Positions 8,860-16,926 of a stretch of 45,261 bases of DNA are shown one piece after another. A model generated the notes under the pieces. The model searched no databases. It saw only the letters and a list, made by a program, of their open reading frames with translations, and was not told the origin of the DNA. The stretch spans positions 1 through 45,261 of the forward strand of contig JAZQTI010000101.1 of NCBI GenBank assembly GCA_045630665.1. Direction: 5' to 3'. Position numbers and translations under genes: made by a program. Every line of letters begins with the position of its first letter. The stretch's first letter is position 1. This stretch comes from Candidatus Scatovivens sp. Its GTDB lineage: Bacteria > Bacillota > Clostridia > TANB77 > CAG-508.

Positions 8860-10152
8860 ATGCTAAAGAAAAAGAAAAGTTATGTAGTACCTTTTGTTGG
8901 TTTTACAATAATGATTATAATAGGAGCAATTTTATTATATCTTCCTATAAGTAATAATATTGATATTTCATTTAAAGATGCTTTATATGTGTCTATTTCT
9001 GCAATATCGTGTACTGGTCTTTCAACAGTTGTTTTAATAGAACAGTTTAATTTTTTAGGACAATTTATAATAGCGATTCTAATGGAAATTGGTGCATTAG
9101 GATTTATTATATTTATTTCATATATATGGGCAAAAAAAAATAAAAAAATGCAAATGTCAGACATAATTATGGTGAATGATAATATTAATGGTGATGATTA
9201 TAGTACTATAAAAGAACATTCACTTTTTATTTTTGATATAATGATAAAAATTCAATTGTTAGGAAGTATTTTTCTTTCAATTAGATTTGTTCCAGAATAT
9301 GGTATTGTAAAAGGAATATGGTATAGTATTTTTCACACAATATCAACATTTGCAAATTCGGGATTTGATTTATTTGGTTCGCAAAGCATGGTAATGTACA
9401 GAAATGATATATATATACAAATTGTATTAACAATATTGATGCTTTTTGGTAGTATAGGTGTATTTGCTATAGAAGATTTAAAAAATCATAGATTAAAAAA
9501 TTTTAATAAATTAAAATTACAAACAAAAATTATTTTAGTTTATTCTGTGATATTATTAATAGTTCCAACTATACTGTTAATGATATTTGAATCTAATATG
9601 TCAGTTATAAATGCAATGTTTATGACTACATCTTCAAGGTCAACAGGTTTGACTGTTTTGAATATAAGTGAAATGTCTAGTGCAAGTAAATTTCTATTAA
9701 CTATTCTAATGTTTATAGGAGGATCACCAGCATCTACTGCTGGAGGGATAAGAATAGTAGTATTTGCGATAATTATTTCAACTATGATATCAACTATGAG
9801 AGGAAGAATAAATACAGTTATTTTTTGGAAGAAAATTCCAGATTCAATTGTAAGAAAAGCATTTTCAGTATTTTTGCTATTTTTAATAATTACAATTATT
9901 GGAATTATGTGCTATTCGTACTGTAATAAAGAAGCTGATTTAGTTGATATATCTTTGGAATGCGTATCTGCAATAACAAATACAGGATTTGCAGCTGTTG
10001 ATCCGACAACGATTACAACAGCAATAGAAATAATTTTAATGATTCTGATGTATATAGGAAGAATTGGACCGATGGCATTAGTTACAATCTTTGTTAATGA
10101 TGAACCAGTAGATAAACTGGTTGAATATCCTTCTGAAAATGTTATATTATAA
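8860..10152 (+). CDS. TrkH/KtrB-family K+ transporter membrane subunit
   Basis: Polytopic 430-aa protein with repeated pore-loop-like segments: ISCTGLS, ANSGFDLFG, SRSTGLT, GGSPASTAGGIRI and TNTGFA. Confidence 0.8.
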   Translation: MLKKKKSYVVPFVGFTIMIIIGAILLYLPISNNIDISFKDALYVSISAISCTGLSTVVLIEQFNFLGQFIIAILMEIGALGFIIFISYIWAKKNKKMQMSDIIMVNDNINGDDYSTIKEHSLFIFDIMIKIQLLGSIFLSIRFVPEYGIVKGIWYSIFHTISTFANSGFDLFGSQSMVMYRNDIYIQIVLTILMLFGSIGVFAIEDLKNHRLKNFNKLKLQTKIILVYSVILLIVPTILLMIFESNMSVINAMFMTTSSRSTGLTVLNISEMSSASKFLLTILMFIGGSPASTAGGIRIVVFAIIISTMISTMRGRINTVIFWKKIPDSIVRKAFSVFLLFLIITIIGIMCYSYCNKEADLVDISLECVSAITNTGFAAVDPTTITTAIEIILMILMYIGRIGPMALVTIFVNDEPVDKLVEYPSENVIL

Positions 10153-10164
10153 AGGAGAAATGTT

Positions 10165-10581
10165 ATGCGAAAACAATGTATAATAGTAGGCTTAGGAAAA
10201 TATGGAAAAACAATTGCTAAAAAATTAGAAGATTCAAATGTTGAAGTTTTAGCTGTTGATAGTGATATGAATGTTATTGAACAAGTTTCTCGTTTTGTTA
10301 CTAAAGCGGTTTGCTTAGATGTAACATCAGAAGAAGCTTGGGAAAAATTACCAATTAAAGATTTTGATGTTGGAGTAGTTTGCTTTGGAGAAAATATATC
10401 AGCAAGTATTTTATCTTGTATGATTCTTCAAGAAAGAGGCGTAAAATATATAATCGCTAAAGCTGGAAATAAATTACACAAAAATATATTAAACAGATTA
10501 AATATAGATGAAGTTGTATTTCCTGAAGAATTTGTAGGAGAGTCAACTGCAGAAAACATTTTAAATCTAGAATTAGAATAA
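10165..10581 (+). CDS. Short RCK/TrkA-N (KtrA-like) NAD-binding subunit with an N-domain only
   Basis: Rossmann motif IIVGLGKYGKTIA. The protein is 138 aa, has RBS AAGGAGA, and the gene immediately follows the TrkH/KtrB gene. Confidence 0.7.
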   Translation: MRKQCIIVGLGKYGKTIAKKLEDSNVEVLAVDSDMNVIEQVSRFVTKAVCLDVTSEEAWEKLPIKDFDVGVVCFGENISASILSCMILQERGVKYIIAKAGNKLHKNILNRLNIDEVVFPEEFVGESTAENILNLELE

Positions 10582-10646
10582 ATTAAATTTAAAATAATAA
10601 AATGAAAAAAAGAGAGGAGTATAGATTTTATATCTAAAGAAGAAAA

Positions 10647-11168
10647 ATGAGTGAGAAAATAGTAAATGCAATGTTAGGAGCTTTTGGAGGGTTAACTGCA
10701 ATAGCATATGGAAGAGAAATTTTAGTTTTTATAATATCATTAATGCCAATACTTGAATTAAGAGGAGGACTATTAGCAGCAGCATTGCTTGGATTAGAAC
10801 CATTACCAAGTTATATAATTAGTATCATAGGAAATGTGCTTCCAGTACCATTTATATTATTATTAATAACAAAGGTTTTATCATGGATGAAAAATAGCAA
10901 ACTTAAGTTTTTCAATAAAGTAGCAAATTGGTTAGATGAAAAAGTTGAAAAACATAAAGGACAAATAGAAAAATATGGATATTTGGGGGTTGTTCTATTT
11001 GTGGGAATTCCACTTCCTGGAACAGGTGCTTGGACAGGATCATTAATAGCTTCAGTACTTAATATGGATAGAAAGAAAACATTTATAGCTGTACTTGCAG
11101 GAATAGTTATGGCAAGTATAATAATGATGATTTTATCTTTTGGAGTAGTTGCAAACGTAATTCATTAA
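10647..11168 (+). CDS. Small multidrug-export-like membrane protein (COG2426 / Sm_multidrug_ex family)
   Basis: Family-typical motifs PILELRGG and GIPLPGTGAWTG. Four or five TM segments. Confidence 0.65.
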   Translation: MSEKIVNAMLGAFGGLTAIAYGREILVFIISLMPILELRGGLLAAALLGLEPLPSYIISIIGNVLPVPFILLLITKVLSWMKNSKLKFFNKVANWLDEKVEKHKGQIEKYGYLGVVLFVGIPLPGTGAWTGSLIASVLNMDRKKTFIAVLAGIVMASIIMMILSFGVVANVIH

Positions 11169-11176
11169 AATTAATC

Positions 11177-11207
11177 AAGACTTTACTTTAAAGTAAAGTC
11201 TTTTTTT
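11177..11207 (+). terminator. Intrinsic terminator
   Basis: Near-perfect palindrome AAGACTTTACTTTAAAGTAAAGTCTT followed by TTTTT. Confidence 0.8.
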
Positions 11208-11257
11208 GTGTTAAAAACAAAAATAAATGATATAAATACCGTAAAAAGTTAGTAAAT

Positions 11258-11286
11258 TTGAAAATTTACATAAAAAATGTTATAAT
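11258..11286 (+). promoter_or_regulatory. Sigma-A-type promoter driving GC-rich island A
   Basis: TTGAAA (11258-11263), 17-nt spacer ending in TGT, TATAAT (11281-11286). It is followed by a 5' UTR of about 115 nt with alternative pairings TACCTC/GAGGTA and GAATAC/GTATTC. Confidence 0.65.
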
Positions 11287-11410
11287 AAAATGTATAGCAT
11301 ATATTGTGTTACCTCAATTTGATTTTACATCTATTTTGGGAATACAACGAAAGTTCAAGAGGTATTCGTATACTCTTTTGCTATAAATTATTTTTAAAGG
11401 GGAAGACAAT

Positions 11411-11995
11411 ATGAGTAAGTGCGGAAATGATGAGCCCATTAAGCGGTTGTGTATGGCAATCCAGGAAGTGGTAAGAGAAGATTTACAGTGTGAGATTACC
11501 AAGTGTTATAATCACACCTACTCTATCATGAAGGTGATTGCAAATCCTGAAAAAGCATACACTGTGGAAGTAAAATTTCCTGCTGCTATTTGTGAAGGCG
11601 TTCATAATGATCCTGAATGTGAAGAATGGTCTATTGAGCGTTGGAAGCAAGTTGTTCGGAAGCTTCCGATTGAGTTTGCTGTCAAAGGACATACTCACAG
11701 CAGAATGATGGTAAAATCTAAACCCGAAGCAAATCCTCTCGAGTATGCCAAGTATTTCTGGAGAAAGTTTGACGACATGAAAGGTTGGAATATCAAAGTT
11801 GGTGCAGAAGAAACTATGCCCAAACTGCTTGAAACTGGAAATGAAGCGTCTTTAGAAGAGGCTGAGGATGAAACTGGGGCTATCGAAGCGCCGGAAATCC
11901 AGGAAGAAGTAATTGAAGAAAATCAATCTACTGCTCCGAAACAGAATCTCCAGGATGTCTATGGAATGATGGGAATGAGATTTGCTGCTATGTAG
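11411..11995 (+). CDS. Hypothetical protein, 194 aa, Cys-rich N-terminal half and acidic C-terminal tail (island A; compositionally foreign)
   Basis: Uninterrupted ORF with an RBS-like AGGGG 8 nt upstream of the ATG. G+C is 27/60 in nt 11641-11700. It uses codons (CGG, CTG, GCG, CCC, GGC) that are rare in the neighbours. I recognise no family motif. Confidence 0.7.
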   Translation: MSKCGNDEPIKRLCMAIQEVVREDLQCEITKCYNHTYSIMKVIANPEKAYTVEVKFPAAICEGVHNDPECEEWSIERWKQVVRKLPIEFAVKGHTHSRMMVKSKPEANPLEYAKYFWRKFDDMKGWNIKVGAEETMPKLLETGNEASLEEAEDETGAIEAPEIQEEVIEENQSTAPKQNLQDVYGMMGMRFAAM

Positions 11996-12007
11996 AGTAT
12001 ACAAACT

Positions 12008-12039
12008 AGAGACCTGTGCATGCAGGTCTCTTTTCATTT
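12008..12039 (+). terminator. GC-rich hairpin terminator of island A
   Basis: AGAGACCTG (12008-12016), loop TGCATG, CAGGTCTCT (12023-12031), then TTTCATTT. Confidence 0.75.
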
Positions 12040-12125
12040 ATAAAACTGCTATTTGTTAAGAAATGTTGAAATATCAGGGAAAATGTGATATATTATAATA
12101 GATATTGAAAAAAGAGGTTGATATA

Positions 12126-12677
12126 GTGTCAAAAGTTGAAAAAAAATTTGAAGATTATTTTAAAATTATAAAACATAAATTACCATATTGGAATGAGCTA
12201 CCAGAAATAGATTTATATATGGACCAAGTAGTAGCTTTGATGGAAAAATATATGTCTTTTCACAAAACAGATGAAAATACCAAGATAATAACTAATTCAA
12301 TGATAAACAACTATGTAAAACTTGGAATTATGCCAGCTCCTGTGAAAAAGAAATATTCTAGAGAACATATTGCATATTTAATAATAATTTGTTGTTTAAA
12401 ACAAACTCTTCCAATATCTGATATAAAAGATTTAATAGAAATAAGAGTAAAAAGGACATCAATAGAAGAAACTTTAAATTTCTTTAGTGACTTATATGAT
12501 TCTGTATTTAATACAGTAATAGCAATAGGAAAAAAATATAGTCAAAGAAATATTGGAGAAGATAAATTATTTACAGATACAGCTTTATATATGGCGATGG
12601 GATCAAGTAGTAGTAAATATATTGCTTCTCAAATTGTTGAATTAAACAAAAATGAAGATATAAAAAAAGTTGATTAA
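12126..12677 (+). CDS. DUF1836 domain protein
   Basis: YMDQVV...NNYVKLGIMPAPVKKKYSREHIAYLIIICCLKQTL matches the DUF1836 signature region. The GTG at 12126 lies 8 nt after AAGAGG. The ORF-track TTG at 12105 would overlap that RBS. Confidence 0.65.
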   Translation: MSKVEKKFEDYFKIIKHKLPYWNELPEIDLYMDQVVALMEKYMSFHKTDENTKIITNSMINNYVKLGIMPAPVKKKYSREHIAYLIIICCLKQTLPISDIKDLIEIRVKRTSIEETLNFFSDLYDSVFNTVIAIGKKYSQRNIGEDKLFTDTALYMAMGSSSSKYIASQIVELNKNEDIKKVD

Positions 12678-12783
12678 AAATCAACTTTTTTATTTTTATA
12701 TTAAAATATGGAATATTAATCTTTTATTAATTAGCTTGAAAATATAGTGATTAATGATAAAATATATATGAGAGGAAATGAAT

Positions 12784-13239
12784 ATGATAAAAGTAATGTT
12801 TGTATGTTTAGGAAACATATGTAGATCGCCAATGGCAGAATTTGTTTTAAAAGAATTAGTTAGAAGAAAAGATTTAGAAAAAGATTTTTATATAGTTTCT
12901 AGAGCAACTAGTTTTGAAGAAGTGGGAAATGATGTGCATTATGGTACAGTTGATAAATTAAATGAAGTTGGAATTCCAGTTGAACATAGAAAAGCAAAAA
13001 GAATTGAAAAAGCAGATTATGACAAATATGATTATATAATTGGAATGGAAGATAGAAATATTTATAACATTATAAGAATTATAGGAGAAGATACAGAAAA
13101 TAAAGTATGTAGATTACTAGATTTTTCAAGTAATCCAAGAGATATTGCAGATCCTTGGTATACAGGAAATTTTACCAAAACATATGATGATATTTTAGAA
13201 GGATGTACTTGTTTTTTAGAAAAGATTATAAACGATTAA
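12784..13239 (+). CDS. Low-molecular-weight protein-tyrosine phosphatase
   Basis: P-loop VCLGNICRSPMAE (CX5R-S) near the N-terminus and a DP motif (DIADPWY) near the C-terminus. The ATG at 12784 is best spaced from GAGAGGA; the alternative ATG is at 12778. Confidence 0.85.
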   Translation: MIKVMFVCLGNICRSPMAEFVLKELVRRKDLEKDFYIVSRATSFEEVGNDVHYGTVDKLNEVGIPVEHRKAKRIEKADYDKYDYIIGMEDRNIYNIIRIIGEDTENKVCRLLDFSSNPRDIADPWYTGNFTKTYDDILEGCTCFLEKIIND

Positions 13240-13249
13240 AGGAGAGAGA

Positions 13250-13969
13250 ATGTTTAAACTTATAAAACGTCTAATATTTTTTGTAATACTAATATTATTT
13301 TTAATATTTGGTTTGTTTGTATATAGAGGATATGATATGTATAAACAAGCAATAGAAGAAATGAGTATAGAAGAAAAAATAGCAGAAATAAAAACAGAAA
13401 AAATAAATTATATAAAATATGAAGAGCTTCCTAAGGATTATATAAATGCTATAATTGCAGTAGAAGATAGAAGATATTTTGAACATAATGGAGTTGATAT
13501 TATTTCAATTGCAAGAGCAATAATAAAAGATATACAAACAATGAGCTTAGCAGAAGGTGGAAGTACAATAACGCAACAACTTGCAAAAAATACATATTTT
13601 ACACAAAGGAAAGAATTAACGAGAAAAATTGCAGAAATATTTATGGCAGTCGAATATGAACGAGTATGCTCAAAAGAAGAAATATTCGAATTATATGTAA
13701 ATACAATATATTTTGGAGATGGATATTATTGTGTTTATGATGCAGCACAAGGATATTTTTCAAAAGAACCAAAAGATATGGATTTATATGAAAGTACTTT
13801 ACTTGCTGGAATACCAAATGCTCCATCCGTTTATTCTCCAACAAAAAATCCAGAATTATCAAAAGAAAGACATGCTCAAGTTTTAAATAAAATGGTTAAA
13901 TACGAATATTTAACAGAAGAACAAGCTAATCAACTTTTAAGTATGGATTTTTCTGAAAATCAAAAATAA
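13250..13969 (+). CDS. Monofunctional peptidoglycan glycosyltransferase (GT51)
   Basis: N-terminal TM segment. GT51 motifs EDRRYFEHNGVD, GGSTITQQLAKN and RKIAE. No transpeptidase domain. Confidence 0.85.
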   Translation: MFKLIKRLIFFVILILFLIFGLFVYRGYDMYKQAIEEMSIEEKIAEIKTEKINYIKYEELPKDYINAIIAVEDRRYFEHNGVDIISIARAIIKDIQTMSLAEGGSTITQQLAKNTYFTQRKELTRKIAEIFMAVEYERVCSKEEIFELYVNTIYFGDGYYCVYDAAQGYFSKEPKDMDLYESTLLAGIPNAPSVYSPTKNPELSKERHAQVLNKMVKYEYLTEEQANQLLSMDFSENQK

Positions 13970-13972
13970 AAC

Positions 13973-14000
13973 AAAAAAGCTTCCTTTTGGAAGCTTTTTT
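13973..14000. terminator. Bidirectional terminator between GT51 and mscL
   Basis: AAAAAGCTTCC, loop TTTT, GGAAGCTTTTT. Confidence 0.8.
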
Positions 14001-14001
14001 A

Positions 14002-14469
14002 TTAATCATTTTTTGATTCAAGTACTGATGTACAGTGAGCACATCTTGTTGCTTTATATGGAATTTCGCTATAACAGAATGGACATACTTTAACTGTTGG
14101 CTCTGGAGCTGGTTCTTCTTTTTTTGTTCTTCCAAGTTTTTTGTTAATTTTTTCAACTTGTCCTAAACTAATAGCTTCCATTTTTTTAGTAATTTTGTTC
14201 ATATATGTAATTGCTAGGAAAATAGAGAATGCTATTATTAAAAAGTTTACGATTGCTGTTATAAAGTTACCATATTTTATTGATACTTCTCCAACAGTAA
14301 ACATCATATCTGAAAAATCAACTTTTCCTGTTATCATTGAAATTGCTGGCATTATAATATCATTAACTAAAGAGTTTATGATTGATTGGAATGCACCACC
14401 TATAACAACACCAACTGCTAAATCCATGATATTTCCTTTTGTAGCAAATGCTTTAAATTCTTTTAACAT
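14002..14469 (-). CDS. mscL: Large-conductance mechanosensitive channel with a C-terminal zinc-ribbon extension
   Basis: MLKEFKAFATKGNIMDLAVGVVIGGAF...NDIIMP is the canonical MscL N-terminus. The C-terminus carries CPFC-x12-CAHC. RBS AGGAGG. Confidence 0.9.
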   Translation of the reverse strand: MLKEFKAFATKGNIMDLAVGVVIGGAFQSIINSLVNDIIMPAISMITGKVDFSDMMFTVGEVSIKYGNFITAIVNFLIIAFSIFLAITYMNKITKKMEAISLGQVEKINKKLGRTKKEEPAPEPTVKVCPFCYSEIPYKATRCAHCTSVLESKND

Positions 14470-14615
14470 AAAATCCTCCTAAATTGTGTGATTTCTTATA
14501 AAAAATTTATATAATACTTGTAGAAATTTGTCAATAATTAGGATAACAAATTATTATTTGAATAAATATATATAAATGATATAATTACAATATAAATTAA
14601 AAGTAGGAGGTTTTT

Positions 14616-15188
14616 ATGAAAAAAGTAGCAGTATTTTTAGCAGATGGTTTTGAAGAGATTGAAGCATTAACAGTTGTTGATGTGGTTAGAAGAGCAGGAA
14701 TAGAATGTGATATTGTTAGTATAGAAGGAGAATTTGTAAGAAGTACACATAATGTAATTATTAAATCAGATAAAATTATTTCGGATGAAATAAAAGATTA
14801 TGATATGATAGTTTTCCCAGGAGGATTACCAGGAGCAGAAAATTTAGCCAAAAATGAAAAAGTTATAGAATTAGTAAAAGAATTCAATAATGAAAATAAA
14901 TTAATCGCAGCAATATGTGCTTCACCAGCAATGGTTCTATCAGCAGCTGGAATTGAAGAGAATAGATATATTACTTCATATCCAGGAGAAGACTTTGAAA
15001 AAATGTTAGACAAATCAAATTATGTTGAAGAATTAGTTGTTGTAGATAAAAATATAATAACAAGTAGAGGACCAGCAACAACATTGTTATTTGCATATAA
15101 AATTGTAGACTTATTAGAAGGAAATAGTGAGGAACTAAAAGAAGGAATGCTTTGGAATAAGTTAGAAGAAGAGGGAGAACAAGAATAG
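14616..15188 (+). CDS. DJ-1/PfpI (ThiJ/YajL-like) family protein
   Basis: LADGFEEIE, PGG..GA and the nucleophile-elbow motif AAICASP. RBS AGGAGG. Confidence 0.8.
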   Translation: MKKVAVFLADGFEEIEALTVVDVVRRAGIECDIVSIEGEFVRSTHNVIIKSDKIISDEIKDYDMIVFPGGLPGAENLAKNEKVIELVKEFNNENKLIAAICASPAMVLSAAGIEENRYITSYPGEDFEKMLDKSNYVEELVVVDKNIITSRGPATTLLFAYKIVDLLEGNSEELKEGMLWNKLEEEGEQE

Positions 15189-15203
15189 GAATAAGTCTTA
15201 AAT

Positions 15204-15232
15204 TTGAAATGTTATGTAAAGTATGATATAAT
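15204..15232 (+). promoter_or_regulatory. Sigma-A-type promoter driving GC-rich island B
   Basis: TTGAAA (15204-15209), 17-nt spacer, TATAAT (15227-15232) with an upstream TGA. A small stem AATAGG/CCTATT (15234-15250) lies just before the RBS. Confidence 0.65.
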
Positions 15233-15266
15233 TAATAGGATAAACCTATTAGGAGGTATGCATTAT

Positions 15267-15701
15267 ATGAGAGAGATTACAATTAGATGTGCCCAAGAAA
15301 AAGACTACCCGAAGTTTCACAAGCTTCATAAACGGTTTGCCTATTTAGAATCAAACTCGGTTCGAAATACTACCACCGTTGATGAGGCAACCTTCAAGGA
15401 ATATGTGCAGCGTGAAAGTCTTTTTGTTGCATTTGACAGTGCTAATCAGATGGTTGGTTATGCTGTTGTAGATGCATATGAAGACAAAACCTGTGATATT
15501 CAAGAAATCTTTGTTGCACCAGAACATCAGCGCAAAGGATATGGAGAACAAATCGTTCAGTTTATCAAAGACGTCGCCAAAAACGAAGGAATTGAAAAAC
15601 TGTGCGTATTTTCCATTTTCATTCAAACTGATAATTTCTGGAGATGGAGATGCCGTTTTAAGGAAGAAGAGGGTGGAGAACTGGTTTATGTAATCAATTA
15701 A
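15267..15701 (+). CDS. GNAT-family N-acetyltransferase, 144 aa (island B; compositionally foreign)
   Basis: The ATG at 15267 lies 10 nt after AGGAGG (15251-15256). Acetyl-CoA motif A is IFVAPEHQRKGYGEQIV. G+C is 23/60 in nt 15481-15540, higher than the flanks. Confidence 0.75.
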   Translation: MREITIRCAQEKDYPKFHKLHKRFAYLESNSVRNTTTVDEATFKEYVQRESLFVAFDSANQMVGYAVVDAYEDKTCDIQEIFVAPEHQRKGYGEQIVQFIKDVAKNEGIEKLCVFSIFIQTDNFWRWRCRFKEEEGGELVYVIN

Positions 15702-15710
15702 AAATGCAAG

Positions 15711-15739
15711 AAAATGCACTGCTTGGCAGTGCATTTTTC
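15711..15739. terminator. GC-rich hairpin terminator shared by the convergent GNAT and DUF445 genes
   Basis: AAAATGCACTGC (15711-15722), loop TTG, GCAGTGCATTTT (15726-15737). Confidence 0.8.
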
Positions 15740-15743
15740 TATT

Positions 15744-16640
15744 TTAAAATAATAAATTTGTTAGTCCTAAAATAAATCCTATTATAGCTCCCAAATTAAC
15801 AAGAGCATTTAATTCTTTTTTCATAATTGATAAAATTAGTTTTTCAAGTTCTAGAACTTCCATATTATTTATTTTATTTGTTATCATTTGAGAGATATTT
15901 ATATTTTCTAAAATGGAATTTAATTTATTGGTAATTGCTTTTTCATAAATATTTATTAAAATTTCTGTAGAATCAATGTTTGATTTGTCTAAATTTGTAA
16001 CAATATTTTTGATATTCATTTTTTCATATTTTTTTATTTCTTTATCAACCATGTTATGTATTGCATCATATGAATTTTCTTTTATGTAAGTATCTAATCC
16101 TTCATAGATTTCACTGGTATATGAAGAAATTAATGAATTTCCGCCTAACATACCTAAAAATGATTTTTTCATTTTTTCTTTTGCAACTAATTCTATTTGA
16201 TCTGTTATCAGTCTTGCTAAATCTGCCTCTAAAACAGCATTACAAATATTAGTTGAAATACTTGTTGCTATCGCTTCCAAAGTATTATTTAACTCATTTT
16301 CAGAAATAATAGAAAATAAAAGTTCTTTTATTGTTGTATTTTTTCCCTCAGACTCATCTAAATATTTTTTTATATTTTCTTTTAATTTTTCTTTTATTTC
16401 ATCAGATAGTAAAATATCTTGTAAATCACTATTGGTTAAAAGGTTGTCACTTATTGCTATTCCTATTGATTTTGCAATGCGCTCTTTATTTTTGGGAATG
16501 ATACCTGGAGTAAAAGGTAGTTTAAAACCAAATAGTTTTATTGGTTTTAAAGGTCTAAACATCATTTTTATTGCAATCCAGTTAGTAATATATCCAATAA
16601 TGGCACCTACTAATGGTTCTATAATAATTGAATAATTCAT
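15744..16640 (-). CDS. DUF445 family membrane protein
   Basis: GAIIGYITNWIAIKMMFRP...FTPGIIPKNKERIAKSIG is the DUF445 signature. The ATG at 16640 is preceded by TGGAG with 7-nt spacing. The longer ORF-track start at 16703 has no RBS. Confidence 0.75.
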   Translation of the reverse strand: MNYSIIIEPLVGAIIGYITNWIAIKMMFRPLKPIKLFGFKLPFTPGIIPKNKERIAKSIGIAISDNLLTNSDLQDILLSDEIKEKLKENIKKYLDESEGKNTTIKELLFSIISENELNNTLEAIATSISTNICNAVLEADLARLITDQIELVAKEKMKKSFLGMLGGNSLISSYTSEIYEGLDTYIKENSYDAIHNMVDKEIKKYEKMNIKNIVTNLDKSNIDSTEILINIYEKAITNKLNSILENINISQMITNKINNMEVLELEKLILSIMKKELNALVNLGAIIGFILGLTNLLF

Positions 16641-16926
16641 ATAATGGCTCCAATCTATATTAAAATATATTAATATTATACAAAGATTAATAATAAAATG
16701 CAAATTAAGATTATGGTTTTATATGAAAAAAGCGGAAAATTAAGTTTCCCTAGAAAAAATTTACAAAAAAATCACAAAAAACTATTTATTTTTTATGTAA
16801 AGTATGATAAAATTGTATTGTTGAGTTTGCTAAAAAAAGTAAAGCTCAACAATACGTATGAAAAGAAACAGCAAATAATTGCTTTTTTAAAATCTATAAA
16901 TGTGACTACATATATAGGAGGAATTT

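Noticed and set aside
11258-12104. Similarity between the promoter upstream of island A and the promoter of the downstream DUF1836 gene, considered as a possible promoter duplication created by the insertion.
   Set aside because: Only the generic elements match (TTGAAA and AAAATGTnATA, an extended -10). These also recur at most promoters in this window, so there is no specific evidence of duplication or of a target-site repeat.
14141-14482. 113-aa + strand ORF overlapping mscL.
   Set aside because: It is antisense to a gene with an unmistakable MscL sequence and a strong RBS. It has no RBS and a hydrophobic mirror-image composition.
15359-15366. GGTTCGAA, a tRNA T-loop-like string. Other TTCGAA occurrences lie at 18083, 25256, 26013 and 44884.
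   Set aside because: No flanking acceptor, D or anticodon arm complementarity is present. The strings lie inside a CDS or within terminator hairpins. I could not support any tRNA, rRNA or tmRNA in the window.
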